Source: Myxococcota bacterium (lineage in GTDB: Bacteria; Myxococcota_A; UBA9160; UBA4427). From it: 52,842 nucleotides of DNA. Positions 11,615 to 21,094 of this stretch are shown one piece after another; position 1 is the stretch's first letter; each line of letters begins with the position of its first letter. The stretch covers positions 4,677 to 57,518 of the forward strand of contig JAPYQM010000011.1 of NCBI GenBank assembly GCA_029941235.1. Reading direction: 5' to 3'. The position numbers and the translations under genes are program-made. The notes beneath the pieces were generated by a model, which made no database searches, was not told the DNA's origin, and saw only the letters and a list, made by a program, of their open reading frames with translations.

Positions 11615-13426
11615 TCATTCGGGCCTCGGGGCCCGTACGCGGATGGAGAGTTCCTCGAGTTGATCCGGGTCCACCGCCGAAGGCGCTTCCATCAACAGAT
11701 CCTGACCGCGTTGGGTCTTCGGAAAGGCCACCACATCGCGCAGGCTGTCCGCCCGAGCGAGTACCATGACCATCCTGTCGAAACCAAAGGCAAAGCCACC
11801 ATGGGGCGGCGCACCGACTTCGAGGGCCTCGAGCATGAATCCGAAGCTCCGCTCGGTTTCTTCAGCCGAGTAGCCCATCAGTTCAAGAATCCGCCGCTGA
11901 ATATCGGCACGGTGATTGCGCAGGCTGCCCGAGCCGAGTTCAACGCCGTTCATGATCACGTCATAGTGGGTGCCCCGAACCTTCTCCGGCTCGGTCTCTA
12001 GCAGGGGAATATCCTCTTCCAAGGGGGCCACGAACGGTTGGTGGACATAGCCCAGCTGTCCTTTTTCGTCTTTTTCGAAGAGAGGAAAGTCCACGACAAA
12101 GAGCGCGTCCCACTCGCGTCCATCGGTCCGACCGAGTTTCTCGCCAAGGTCGATACGCAGACGCGAAAGAATTGCATTGGCGCGCTCGAATTCGTCTGCT
12201 TGAAAAAGCAGTAAAGAGCCCGGGCGAGCCGCGCTTCGTTCGGTAATTGCTGCGCGCTCTTCATCGGAGAGGAACTTCGCGATCGGCGAACGCCATTCGC
12301 CTTCTGCATCGACGCGTACCCAGCCTAGGCCCTTGGCCCCGAGTTCTTTACGGACGAATTTCTCCAAGCGATCGATTTCGCTGCGCGAAATTTCCTCGGC
12401 ATCATGGACAGGAAGGCACTTCACGATGCCTCCCTGTTCGACGACGCCGCGAAAGGCCTTGAACTCGCTGCCCGCAAAAATTTCGGTCATATCGACCAGT
12501 TCGAGCAAAATACGAGTATCCGGTCGATCACAGCCGTAGCGCGCCATTGCATCGGCGTAGCTCATCTGGGGAAACGGGCGCTGCAACTCGACGCCAGCGG
12601 CTTGGCGAGAACTCTCCACGGTCACCGCTTCAAGAAGCTCAAGGACGTCATCGACGCCGACGAAGGACATCTCAAGATCGACCTGGGTAAACTCGAGTTG
12701 TCGGTCAGCCCTCTGATCCTCGTCACGAAAACATCGCGCGATCTGAAAATAACGCTCAAAGCCCGCCACCATCAACAACTGCTTCATGATCTGGGGTGAT
12801 TGAGGCAGCGCGTAAAACGCTCCGGCCTGGAGTCGGCTCGGGACAAGAAAGTCCCGCGCACCCTCGGGCGTTGCGCGAGCCAGCATCGGAGTTTCGATCT
12901 CAAGAAACCCCTGATCGATGAGTGCAGTGCGCATCGCTCGCGACAACTCGTGACGAATCGTCAACGCACGCTGAAGGGGCGGGCGGCGCAGATCGTGGAT
13001 GCGATGGCGTAACCGAACCGCTTCGTCGGCCCCGGCGTCCTCCTCGATGGCAAAGGGAGGCGGGGTCGCCGTGTTCAGAATGCGAATTTCGTGGACATTG
13101 ATCTCAACTTCGCCAGTCTTCATTCGCGAGTTGACAGTGTCTTCCGACCGCGCCTCGACCATTCCACGCACCATGATGACCCACTCCGACCGGAGTTCTC
13201 CCGCCCGCTCATGGGCTTGGGTGGAGGTCTCGGGCCTGAAGACCACTTGTACGATCCCATTGCGATCCCGCAGATCGACAAAAATTACGCCACCGTGATC
13301 CCGGCGACGATGAACCCAACCCGCGACAACGACCTCCTGATCCACCATGGAACTGTCGATCGCACCACAGGCGTGGCTGCGACGTTCGGATCCCATCCCG
13401 TCGAGTTCTGTAGCCACGGTTGTCAT
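11615..13426 (-). CDS. aspS: Aspartate--tRNA ligase
   Basis: GWVHRRRDHGG, TPEGARDFLVPSR, LPQSPQ, CFRDED, GAPPHGGFAFGFDR. Alternative GTG start at 13444. Confidence 0.97.
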   Translation of the reverse strand: MTTVATELDGMGSERRSHACGAIDSSMVDQEVVVAGWVHRRRDHGGVIFVDLRDRNGIVQVVFRPETSTQAHERAGELRSEWVIMVRGMVEARSEDTVNSRMKTGEVEINVHEIRILNTATPPPFAIEEDAGADEAVRLRHRIHDLRRPPLQRALTIRHELSRAMRTALIDQGFLEIETPMLARATPEGARDFLVPSRLQAGAFYALPQSPQIMKQLLMVAGFERYFQIARCFRDEDQRADRQLEFTQVDLEMSFVGVDDVLELLEAVTVESSRQAAGVELQRPFPQMSYADAMARYGCDRPDTRILLELVDMTEIFAGSEFKAFRGVVEQGGIVKCLPVHDAEEISRSEIDRLEKFVRKELGAKGLGWVRVDAEGEWRSPIAKFLSDEERAAITERSAARPGSLLLFQADEFERANAILSRLRIDLGEKLGRTDGREWDALFVVDFPLFEKDEKGQLGYVHQPFVAPLEEDIPLLETEPEKVRGTHYDVIMNGVELGSGSLRNHRADIQRRILELMGYSAEETERSFGFMLEALEVGAPPHGGFAFGFDRMVMVLARADSLRDVVAFPKTQRGQDLLMEAPSAVDPDQLEELSIRVRAPRPE

Positions 13427-13587
13427 CGTCTCATGTCCTGCCACCCCAGCGCCCTGTCTCGAGGCGCGCGCCCAACCCCGGTTCGGCTGTCCGCACGTTA
13501 CGCGCGGATCGCCCGACTCATTTGAGTCCGAGTGAAATTTCGAAGTCGGCGTTCATTTTTGGGAAAATCCGAGTAAAATCATAGGGT

Positions 13588-13616
13588 TGGGTAGCAATGC
13601 CCCGATCCGATGTCAA
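13588..13616 (-). promoter_or_regulatory. Putative sigma70-type promoter for aspS
   Basis: Minus strand TTGACA-N17-TACCCA with TG just upstream of the -10; perfect -35, imperfect -10. Confidence 0.4.
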
Positions 13617-13697
13617 TCCTTCCCCGGCAGGCGACCCGCTCCTGACAAAGAATGCAAGCGGGAAAGCCGGCCCGTGTCCCCGACCGAGATCCCAGGC

Positions 13698-15098
13698 CTA
13701 GGCCCCTGGACTGGGGGAACACACTCGGTTTCTGCCTTCCGATTTGGCGCGGTACATGGCTTTGTCTGCGAGGTCGAGGATCTGGTTCCGAACTTCGCCG
13801 TGATCGGGGCAGGTTGCGACCCCGATACTGACCGTTAGCGAGAGGCGGATCTCTCTCTCGATCTCGAACACGTACGTATCAACCCTCTCACGAATTCTCT
13901 CCGCCACCCGAAGCGCCGTCTCGTGATCGGTATCCACCAGCAAAATCGCAAATTCGTCCCCGCCGTAGCGCGCTAGGGTGTCAACCTGCCGCACACATTG
14001 CTCGAGCACCCGGCAGAGTCGCCGTAGGGTGTTCGACCCTACCAAGTGCCCGTGCTCGTCATTCACATCCTTAAAGTGGTCGATATCGAGAAAGAGTACT
14101 GAGAGAGGCGTGCCATAGCGCTCCGAGCGCTGAATCTCTTTCTCACAAGTTGTAAGCAGATAGCCCGCGTTGAAGGCCTGGGTAAGGTCGTCCACAAAAG
14201 CTCGCTCCTTGGCGAGCGCGTAGGTCTCAGAGTTCTCCAGCGCCGCAATACCATGGCGGGTCACGATATCTCCCCGCTCGATATCCTCGGCCACGAAAGG
14301 TCGACCTTCGTCGAAGATCGCCACCAAGCCTGACTCGTTGCCCTCCCCGCCCATGGAAACCACCAGTAGTGTTTTTACTTCAACGTCGGCAGCGCGAAGT
14401 GCGTCGTGCAGAACGCCTCGGTTGAGAACCGTCAATCCTTCGAAAGCGTTGAAGTCGATGGATTTGTCCCCAAGCAACGTGCGACATACCAGCGAACTCT
14501 CTTCACTGCCAAACCCCCTCAAAGCCACCGCATCGCTCTGAGGAACGTTCTCGCGCTTAAAGAGGGCAAAACCCCGCTTCCGGGAAGTCGCCTTCAGCAG
14601 AAGCTCAAGGGTCATGGGATAGAGTTGGCCCGGCTCCAGGCAGTACGCGAGCGGACGACAATCCTCCATGATACGAATGGTTTCATGGAGAAAAAGGCTA
14701 CGAATTGCGGTCCGCCGCTGACCGATCAAGCTCGAAAGTGATCGGCGGAGTAGCGCCTCGCCAAATGGCACCACCAGGCAGTCGTCCGCGCCTGCCGCAA
14801 AAATCTCATCGACCTCATCCGGGCCCGCTTCGTCAAGAACAACCAACAGGCGGATTCCCCGGCCCGACTCAGCGACCCAGTCCGCGGCCTCGCGAACCCG
14901 CGACGAGTCAGCCGACGGCAGAGCAATCAACAGGACATCGGCTTCAGCGGTCCCCAGCACACCCGCAATGCCCGAAAGACGCGAACAGCGGAGTATCTCC
15001 CAGGCGCCAGCCTCGTCGGCTTGGCCCAGTTGCGCCGCCAGTTCATCCCCCAGATCCACGGCGACGATCCGGCTTTTATTGTCCCTCGATCCTGCCAT
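13698..15098 (-). CDS. Diguanylate cyclase (pseudo-receiver + GAF-like + GGDEF)
   Basis: DDLT, LFLDIDHFKDVND, I-site RQVD five residues before GGDEF, ADKAMYRAKSEGRN; degenerate N-terminal receiver. Confidence 0.9.
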   Translation of the reverse strand: MAGSRDNKSRIVAVDLGDELAAQLGQADEAGAWEILRCSRLSGIAGVLGTAEADVLLIALPSADSSRVREAADWVAESGRGIRLLVVLDEAGPDEVDEIFAAGADDCLVVPFGEALLRRSLSSLIGQRRTAIRSLFLHETIRIMEDCRPLAYCLEPGQLYPMTLELLLKATSRKRGFALFKRENVPQSDAVALRGFGSEESSLVCRTLLGDKSIDFNAFEGLTVLNRGVLHDALRAADVEVKTLLVVSMGGEGNESGLVAIFDEGRPFVAEDIERGDIVTRHGIAALENSETYALAKERAFVDDLTQAFNAGYLLTTCEKEIQRSERYGTPLSVLFLDIDHFKDVNDEHGHLVGSNTLRRLCRVLEQCVRQVDTLARYGGDEFAILLVDTDHETALRVAERIRERVDTYVFEIEREIRLSLTVSIGVATCPDHGEVRNQILDLADKAMYRAKSEGRNRVCSPSPGA

Positions 15099-15259
15099 AC
15101 GATCGTCCCGCCTCGATGACGGCCACCCTACCGTCGGTTCGTAGCCGTCCCCAAGGCATCGGACGGTCCGCCTGCTCCTTCACTCGGAGTCGCCGGGGCA
15201 GAATGCATTCTAGACCGCCCTTCAGGCGAAATTCCACTCCCCAGGCCGACAGGTCGGGT

Positions 15260-16747
15260 TCAGGTTTCGTCATCGGCCTTCGGCGCCGGCGGCAACACGC
15301 TCACCCATTCGATGCCTGCGTTCCCCGACCGCAAAATTCTGCCCGCTTGGCCGACCACCAGTCCAACTTTACCGCTGGGATCGAAATCCATGTCGCGCAT
15401 GAAGGTAAAAGTTTCCGGAAAGTTGTCGTCTGCGGGGGGAGACCAACTGGCTCCACCATCGACCGAGACCCGAACCAACCCCTTCTCCCCCACGGCAATC
15501 GCACGGCCAGCAACAGAGGCCACAGAAAAAACCGCCATCTTGCGATCAATCTTGCTGTACGTCCAATTACGGCCACCGTCACTCGTCGACAAGGTGACAC
15601 CCCCGAGACCCGAGATCATTCCGTTCTCCTCGTCGCGAAACCGCACGGTGAAGAGAATCGGGTTCTGAACGACTCGCACTTTGACGCCTGGATATTCAAA
15701 GAGTCGGCCCGCGTAATAGCGTTCCAAAAATTCCGGATCCTTGGCCAGGTAGTCCTCGTAGTCCCAGGGCGGCTGCCCGCGCAAGCGAACACGCTCGGAT
15801 TGCAACCCCGCATCCTCAAGAACTGTCCGCACTTCTTGCATACGCGCTTCAAGAGTCTCGAAAAACTCGAAGGGGTCTCCGTCTCGGCCAAAGCGCTGGA
15901 TTTCCTCCGCGTTGGCCACCCCTTCCACGGCAACGTTCAGATGACCTTCGTCTACAACGCTTTCCACGAAGGAATCGAGTTCGGGGATATAAGACGCGTC
16001 GAAGTCCACTTCGTTGAAGCCGAAGCGAATCGGGGCGATTTCGCGAGAACCCTCGATATTGGATTTCTGCCAGGTCTTGCCCGCATCCTCGGAATAGAAG
16101 ATGTAACCGAATTCGCCAATCAACCAGCATCGACGGCTGGGCGTGCCCAGGCAGTAAACGTCGTTAAGTCCGACATCCTCATAGACCGTATCACCGTTAC
16201 GCACTTTCTCCTGTTCAAAGGGCGAGAGCCATTGAAACATCGGATGAGTCTCGTTGACGGTAAACGAGTGGTCGACCCAGTTTTTCCCGCCATCCTCGGT
16301 TCGAATCCGGGTCCCCCACTCCCCGATGGCAACTGCAGTCTTCTCATCAACTGCCGCCACACCGAAGAGGTGCATACCCTCGTTTTCTTTCAGGTTCGCT
16401 TGACGCTCCCAATGCGCACCCCCATCTTCGGTTCGCAGAATCAGCCCGCGCTGACCCACGGCCCAACCGTGGAGGGCATCGGCCATGGAAACCTTGTAGA
16501 GGGAGGTGAGGGTGTTCGTCACCCCGCGACTCCAGGTCTCGCCTCCGTCTAGCGTGAAGTACGCACTGCCGTAGTACCCCACCGCGACGGCATGGTTCTC
16601 ATCGGGCATGGAAACCGAGTAGAGATCATCGAAAAGAACAATCTCTCCGGGGCTCTGGCTGTAGTCGAGGTGGACCTCGTGACAGGCAGTAAAACCCATC
16701 ACCATCACGGCAGCGAGGAGGTAACTTCTCAGAAGACCGACCATCAA
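15260..16747 (-). CDS. YCF48/BNR-repeat beta-propeller lipoprotein with an internal OmpA-like insertion
   Basis: Lipobox-like FTAC; seven Asp-boxes (TLDGGETW, TEDGGAHW, TEDGGKNW, SEDAGKTW, TSDGGRNW, SVDGGASW, SGNAGIEW). Confidence 0.85.
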   Translation of the reverse strand: MMVGLLRSYLLAAVMVMGFTACHEVHLDYSQSPGEIVLFDDLYSVSMPDENHAVAVGYYGSAYFTLDGGETWSRGVTNTLTSLYKVSMADALHGWAVGQRGLILRTEDGGAHWERQANLKENEGMHLFGVAAVDEKTAVAIGEWGTRIRTEDGGKNWVDHSFTVNETHPMFQWLSPFEQEKVRNGDTVYEDVGLNDVYCLGTPSRRCWLIGEFGYIFYSEDAGKTWQKSNIEGSREIAPIRFGFNEVDFDASYIPELDSFVESVVDEGHLNVAVEGVANAEEIQRFGRDGDPFEFFETLEARMQEVRTVLEDAGLQSERVRLRGQPPWDYEDYLAKDPEFLERYYAGRLFEYPGVKVRVVQNPILFTVRFRDEENGMISGLGGVTLSTSDGGRNWTYSKIDRKMAVFSVASVAGRAIAVGEKGLVRVSVDGGASWSPPADDNFPETFTFMRDMDFDPSGKVGLVVGQAGRILRSGNAGIEWVSVLPPAPKADDET

Positions 16748-16751
16748 ATCG

Positions 16752-18083
16752 CTAACGCCCCTTTGTCAGGCGACCAACATCGATGTAGCGCCGTATCTTG
16801 CCCTTGCTCGGGAAGGGCACGCCGTTGGCGTCCCAGAACTCGATTCGATTGCCGGTACCCGTTTGAACGTTGGTAATGATGTCGCTCACCATCTGATGGG
16901 CTCGCGGCTCGGGAACGCCTTCCCAGCCCGGGTAGTAGTCTTCGGTAAGTCCCTCACCACTCCAACGTTTGTTGTGCCAAATTATTTTCCAGAGCTCTTC
17001 CTTCTGGTCGTACGCAAACGAATAAAGCGCCCGCATCGTCTCCTTATCGATGTAGATATCCTTGTGGTGGTAAGGATGATCTTCATTCTTGGGAGTCATC
17101 CGAACCTTCATCACTTTTCGCACCTCCCACCGATCATCCGCGAACGAAAGTCCGTAGGGCCCGAAATTGTGGTCCCGCTCATATGGGAAAGCCAGGACCT
17201 TGGTGTTCGAGGGTGCGATCAACTCGGCTTCGCCCAAGCATTCCCACTCGTATTGGGGAACGATCCCGGCAAAACTGTTCAAATCGTCGAAAGTGAAATC
17301 TGTTCCGGAGATTGAGTCGGTTCGCTGAGCGGTAGAAATCCGCCGGACCCGCCGCAAAGTCGGAAGATATACCCAAGTATCATCGTTCTTGGCTTTCTCA
17401 CGAGGCGCGTCTGTTGTCTTGTAGCGATAGGACATCAGCATAATGCCGCGCGCATCGAAGGGGGCCGTGACGTCCACCCCGAAGGCATTTTTCCGCTTTT
17501 CGTTGCGAAAAACGTCACCCTTGCTCTTCTCGAACTGGGGTTCTACACGGTGAGAAAGGAACACGCTCTTCGAGTCGCCCTCGTAGTAAAGTGGCAATTC
17601 CTCGCCACGATCCCAATACGAGTAGTAAAAGCTCGCGTTCCCTCCTGCGCCCGCCCACGCGTAGTCGAAATTCCACATGATCTTCACCCCCGCCTGGGGA
17701 TCCGTCGCGCAGTCGATTTCGTCCATGGGAAAGGGACGACCCGATTCAAAATTCTCCAGACTATTGTCCGGACCGATTCGTGCTTGCCCGCGTCCGCGCT
17801 CGGTGGCGGCCTTGTAGGCTTCGGACCCGGAGTAATCCCGGAAGAAAGGACCGACTTCGAGCTGCATCCCCTCGTAGAAGAAGAAGTCTCGATTGTCCCA
17901 AAACGGATCGGGGAGGTAGGACTTGAGAACGTCGAGGTTCTCGTAGGTGATGATGTCACCTTCCTTGAATCCGGGTCCGGTCCCCTCGGCATCCTCTTGA
18001 GCATGGACAGTCCGAACCGTCCCCGGCAGTGCCAGGAGCGTGACAGCAACCAGACTCGCTCCTAGGGTTCGCATTCCGGACAT
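16752..18083 (-). CDS. DUF1329 family exported protein
   Basis: Signal peptide; GRPFP...AGVKIMWNF, DDTWVYLPTLRRVRRIS...D...GTDFTFDD, YIDKET...YDQKEELWK; RBS AAGGAG 7 nt upstream. Confidence 0.85.
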   Translation of the reverse strand: MSGMRTLGASLVAVTLLALPGTVRTVHAQEDAEGTGPGFKEGDIITYENLDVLKSYLPDPFWDNRDFFFYEGMQLEVGPFFRDYSGSEAYKAATERGRGQARIGPDNSLENFESGRPFPMDEIDCATDPQAGVKIMWNFDYAWAGAGGNASFYYSYWDRGEELPLYYEGDSKSVFLSHRVEPQFEKSKGDVFRNEKRKNAFGVDVTAPFDARGIMLMSYRYKTTDAPREKAKNDDTWVYLPTLRRVRRISTAQRTDSISGTDFTFDDLNSFAGIVPQYEWECLGEAELIAPSNTKVLAFPYERDHNFGPYGLSFADDRWEVRKVMKVRMTPKNEDHPYHHKDIYIDKETMRALYSFAYDQKEELWKIIWHNKRWSGEGLTEDYYPGWEGVPEPRAHQMVSDIITNVQTGTGNRIEFWDANGVPFPSKGKIRRYIDVGRLTKGR

Positions 18084-18433
18084 CCATAGGCTCCTTCGCC
18101 GATCGGGGGTAGAGTTGACTCAATGGGTACCCGGGCAGGGTCACGCCCGTCGAATGGCAGGGTAGTCCCAAGATCGTCGGAGCGCCGCGCCAGCGGCCTG
18201 CGATATTTTCAACCCGTGATGTGTTCCTGTTACCTTCTAGAATAGGCTCCAGCGCGATTCAACCCGCATCCCAAGGGCAGCCGACCGCCCCGAGAGGTTT
18301 CCGCGAAGTGAGGGACCAGCCGCCGATCTCGTCCCCGACCCACTCGGCCGGCGCGTTTTCCAGTTCCAACAATTCGGCCCCAGGGGGGAAATATCCACTC
18401 GTCGCCCGGGGCCGGACGCCACTCCGGGTCTGG

Positions 18434-19771
18434 TTGAGGACCAGCGGTATCGAGCCCGTCCTCCGCATCGTGCTGTGCGGGGCCTCTTCCCTGCTGATCT
18501 TCGCAGTTGCCGGGGCCAGAGGGCTGCTCGAAACAACTGAATCCCGGGCCGATCGCCGCCGCCGGGCTCTCACCCATACCGTGAGGCGCTGGGTCGGGCT
18601 CCTCGGCGAGTTGCGAGGTGCCTACGCAAAGGCCGGGCAATTCGCCGCCAGCCGTCCCGACTTGATCCCCGAAGAGGCTGCCGCCGCTTTGAGGACTCTT
18701 CGCGATCGTGTCCCTCCCCTCCCCCCGGCCGAAATTCGCAGAGCCATTGAGGCCGAACTCGAAATGCCTCTCGAAGAAGCTTTCAAGGAATTCGACCCGT
18801 TGCCCCTCGGCGCAGCTTCCATCGCCCAGGTCCACCGAGCGGCCCTCCCCGATGGAACCCCCGTCGCCGTCAAGGTTCAATATCCCTGGATCCAGGCTTC
18901 GATCTCCGCAGATCTCAAAGTCCTTCGCACCCTCGCCCGTGGGCTGCTCCGTTTGAGTTCCAACCGGCGATGGACGTTCGATTTCGAGCGCTTCTTCGCC
19001 GAGTTCGCCGTGGGCCTGGCCGAAGAATTGGACTTCGAAGCCGAAGCCCGGGCGGCCAGCGAAATCGCCGCCAATCTCGCGGACGATTCGAGCATCCAGG
19101 TCCCTCGCGTGATCGCCTCGCACACACGCACCCGCGTACTCACCATGACCTATTACCCCTGCCTGAACATCGCCGACAGTACTGGCCTCGCGAATCTCGG
19201 CGTGCAGCCCTCCAAGGTGCTCGAAATAGTGGTCCGAGCCTACGCGAAACAGATCTTTCAAGATGGGCTTTTCCATGCCGACCCCCACCCCGGCAATCTC
19301 TTCGTTCTCGACGAACCCGAAGCGAGCGAAAATCCAAGGGTTCTCTTCGTTGACTTCGGCCTACACCGCCGACTTTCCCCCGAACTTCAGAACGAAATGC
19401 GGCAAGGCATCTTTGCCTTGATGCAACGAAACGTCGATCTTTTCGTCGAGCGGATGAACGCCCTAGAGATGATCGCGCCCGGTGCAGAACTCGGAGTCCG
19501 GAAGGCCGTTTCGCAAATGCTCGATCGCATAGCCAGCGAAGGCGGATCAGACGCGCTGATGAACGCACCGGGGAGCCAGGTCCTAAGCCTCAAGGACGAA
19601 GCCAAACGCCTGCTTGAGGAGACCCCTGGGCTTCAGCTCCCCAACGACTTGCTCCTCTACGCGAAAACCTTGGCCTACGTATTTGCCCTGGGCGAAGAGC
19701 TTGACCCCAACGTAGATCTGATGAAAATCTCCGTCCCCTATTTCCTGCAATTCCTCGCAGCGCGGGACTGA
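18434..19771 (+). CDS. ABC1/AarF/UbiB family atypical kinase
   Basis: KAGQ (KxGQ), A-rich loop GAASIAQV, VAVKVQYP, ELDF, FHADPHPGN, VDFG. Start uncertain (TTG 18434 or GTG 18470; ORF open from 18221). Confidence 0.9.
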   Translation: MRTSGIEPVLRIVLCGASSLLIFAVAGARGLLETTESRADRRRRALTHTVRRWVGLLGELRGAYAKAGQFAASRPDLIPEEAAAALRTLRDRVPPLPPAEIRRAIEAELEMPLEEAFKEFDPLPLGAASIAQVHRAALPDGTPVAVKVQYPWIQASISADLKVLRTLARGLLRLSSNRRWTFDFERFFAEFAVGLAEELDFEAEARAASEIAANLADDSSIQVPRVIASHTRTRVLTMTYYPCLNIADSTGLANLGVQPSKVLEIVVRAYAKQIFQDGLFHADPHPGNLFVLDEPEASENPRVLFVDFGLHRRLSPELQNEMRQGIFALMQRNVDLFVERMNALEMIAPGAELGVRKAVSQMLDRIASEGGSDALMNAPGSQVLSLKDEAKRLLEETPGLQLPNDLLLYAKTLAYVFALGEELDPNVDLMKISVPYFLQFLAARD

Positions 19772-19780
19772 TGCCTCCGA

Positions 19781-20983
19781 CTACTTCTCGGCCCGGGCGA
19801 GCCTCAAACCCTGGAGACGAATAAAACCTCCAGCATCCCGCTGATCATAGGCTCCCTCATCCTCCTCAAAGGTCACAAGGTTCTCGGAATACAGCGAAAA
19901 GGGCGAGCGACGACCCTGGACCGTAACATTGCCTTTATACAGCTTAAGACGCACGTCCCCAGTCACAGTTTCCTGGGACGCATCGATTGCCGCACGCATA
20001 TAATCCATCTCCGGGGCAAACCAAAAACCGTTGTAGATCAGCTCAGCAAAGCGCGGGGCCATGCGGTCTCGCTCGTGCATCACCTCGCGATCCATTGTGA
20101 TGGACTCCATTGCCCGATGGGCGACATGGAGCACAGTTCCTCCTGGCGTTTCGTAGACTCCCCGGGACTTCAGTCCGACGAAGCGATTCTCGACCATATC
20201 CACTCGGCCAATTCCGTTTCGACCCGCGATCACGTTGAGCTTCTCGACCAGTTCCGAGGGAGCCAGGGAAGTGCCATCAATGCCAACGGCGTTGCCTTTA
20301 TCAAAGGAGATCACCAGTTCCTCGGACTCGTCAGGCGCAAGTTCGGGGGCAACTGTGGTAATGAACATCTCCTCTTCGGGTGCCGTCCATGGATCTTCCA
20401 GCATTCCTCCCTCGTAGGACACGTGCATCAGGTTTCGATCCATCGAATAAGGCTTGGCAATCGACGCAGTTATGGGAATTTCGTACTTCTGTGCATAACT
20501 GATGCAGTCGTTCCGCGAGCGCAAATCCCACTCCCGCCAAGGGGCGATCACCGAAATTTCAGGGGCAAGCGCCCTGAATGCCAGTTCGAAGCGCACCTGG
20601 TCGTTCCCCTTGCCAGTAGCCCCGTGCGCCACCGCATCGCAGCCCGTCGCCCGGGCCACGTCGATCTGGTGCTTGGCAATCAAAGGCCGGGCAAGGGCGG
20701 TGCCGAGCAAATACACGCCCTCGTAGACCGCTGCCCCCTTGATGGCCGGATAGACATAATCCCGGGCGAATTCTTCGCGTAGATCTTTGATCACGCAGTC
20801 GATCGCACCGGTCGCTGCAGCCTTCTCGGGCAAGCCGGCAAGCTCTTCTTGCTGACCCACATCCGCGCAATAGGCGACGACTTCGCAGTCGTATTCTTCG
20901 ATCAACCAGCGAAGAATGACCGAAGTGTCGAGCCCACCGCTATATGCCAAACACACGCGGTTGACCGAATCCTTTCGAGCCAT
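19781..20983 (-). CDS. argG: Argininosuccinate synthase
   Basis: [42 protein letters not shown]. Confidence 0.97.
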   Translation of the reverse strand: MARKDSVNRVCLAYSGGLDTSVILRWLIEEYDCEVVAYCADVGQQEELAGLPEKAAATGAIDCVIKDLREEFARDYVYPAIKGAAVYEGVYLLGTALARPLIAKHQIDVARATGCDAVAHGATGKGNDQVRFELAFRALAPEISVIAPWREWDLRSRNDCISYAQKYEIPITASIAKPYSMDRNLMHVSYEGGMLEDPWTAPEEEMFITTVAPELAPDESEELVISFDKGNAVGIDGTSLAPSELVEKLNVIAGRNGIGRVDMVENRFVGLKSRGVYETPGGTVLHVAHRAMESITMDREVMHERDRMAPRFAELIYNGFWFAPEMDYMRAAIDASQETVTGDVRLKLYKGNVTVQGRRSPFSLYSENLVTFEEDEGAYDQRDAGGFIRLQGLRLARAEK

Positions 20984-21094
20984 GGAACACCTCCTCGGGA
21001 GCGCTTGGCCAAGCCAGACGCTTCATGGAGGCGGGAGTCTACCCGCTCATCGAAATTTTTCACGGGGGTCAGGAAATGCGGAATCGACCCGGGT

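Noticed and set aside
15100..15259. c-di-GMP riboswitch upstream of the cyclase
   Set aside because: Hairpins are present, but the GEMM-I GNRA/receptor and GCAAA elements are not.
14705..16552. 615-aa plus-strand ORF
   Set aside because: Antisense shadow of the GGDEF and propeller genes; Arg/Pro-rich with no recognisable motifs.
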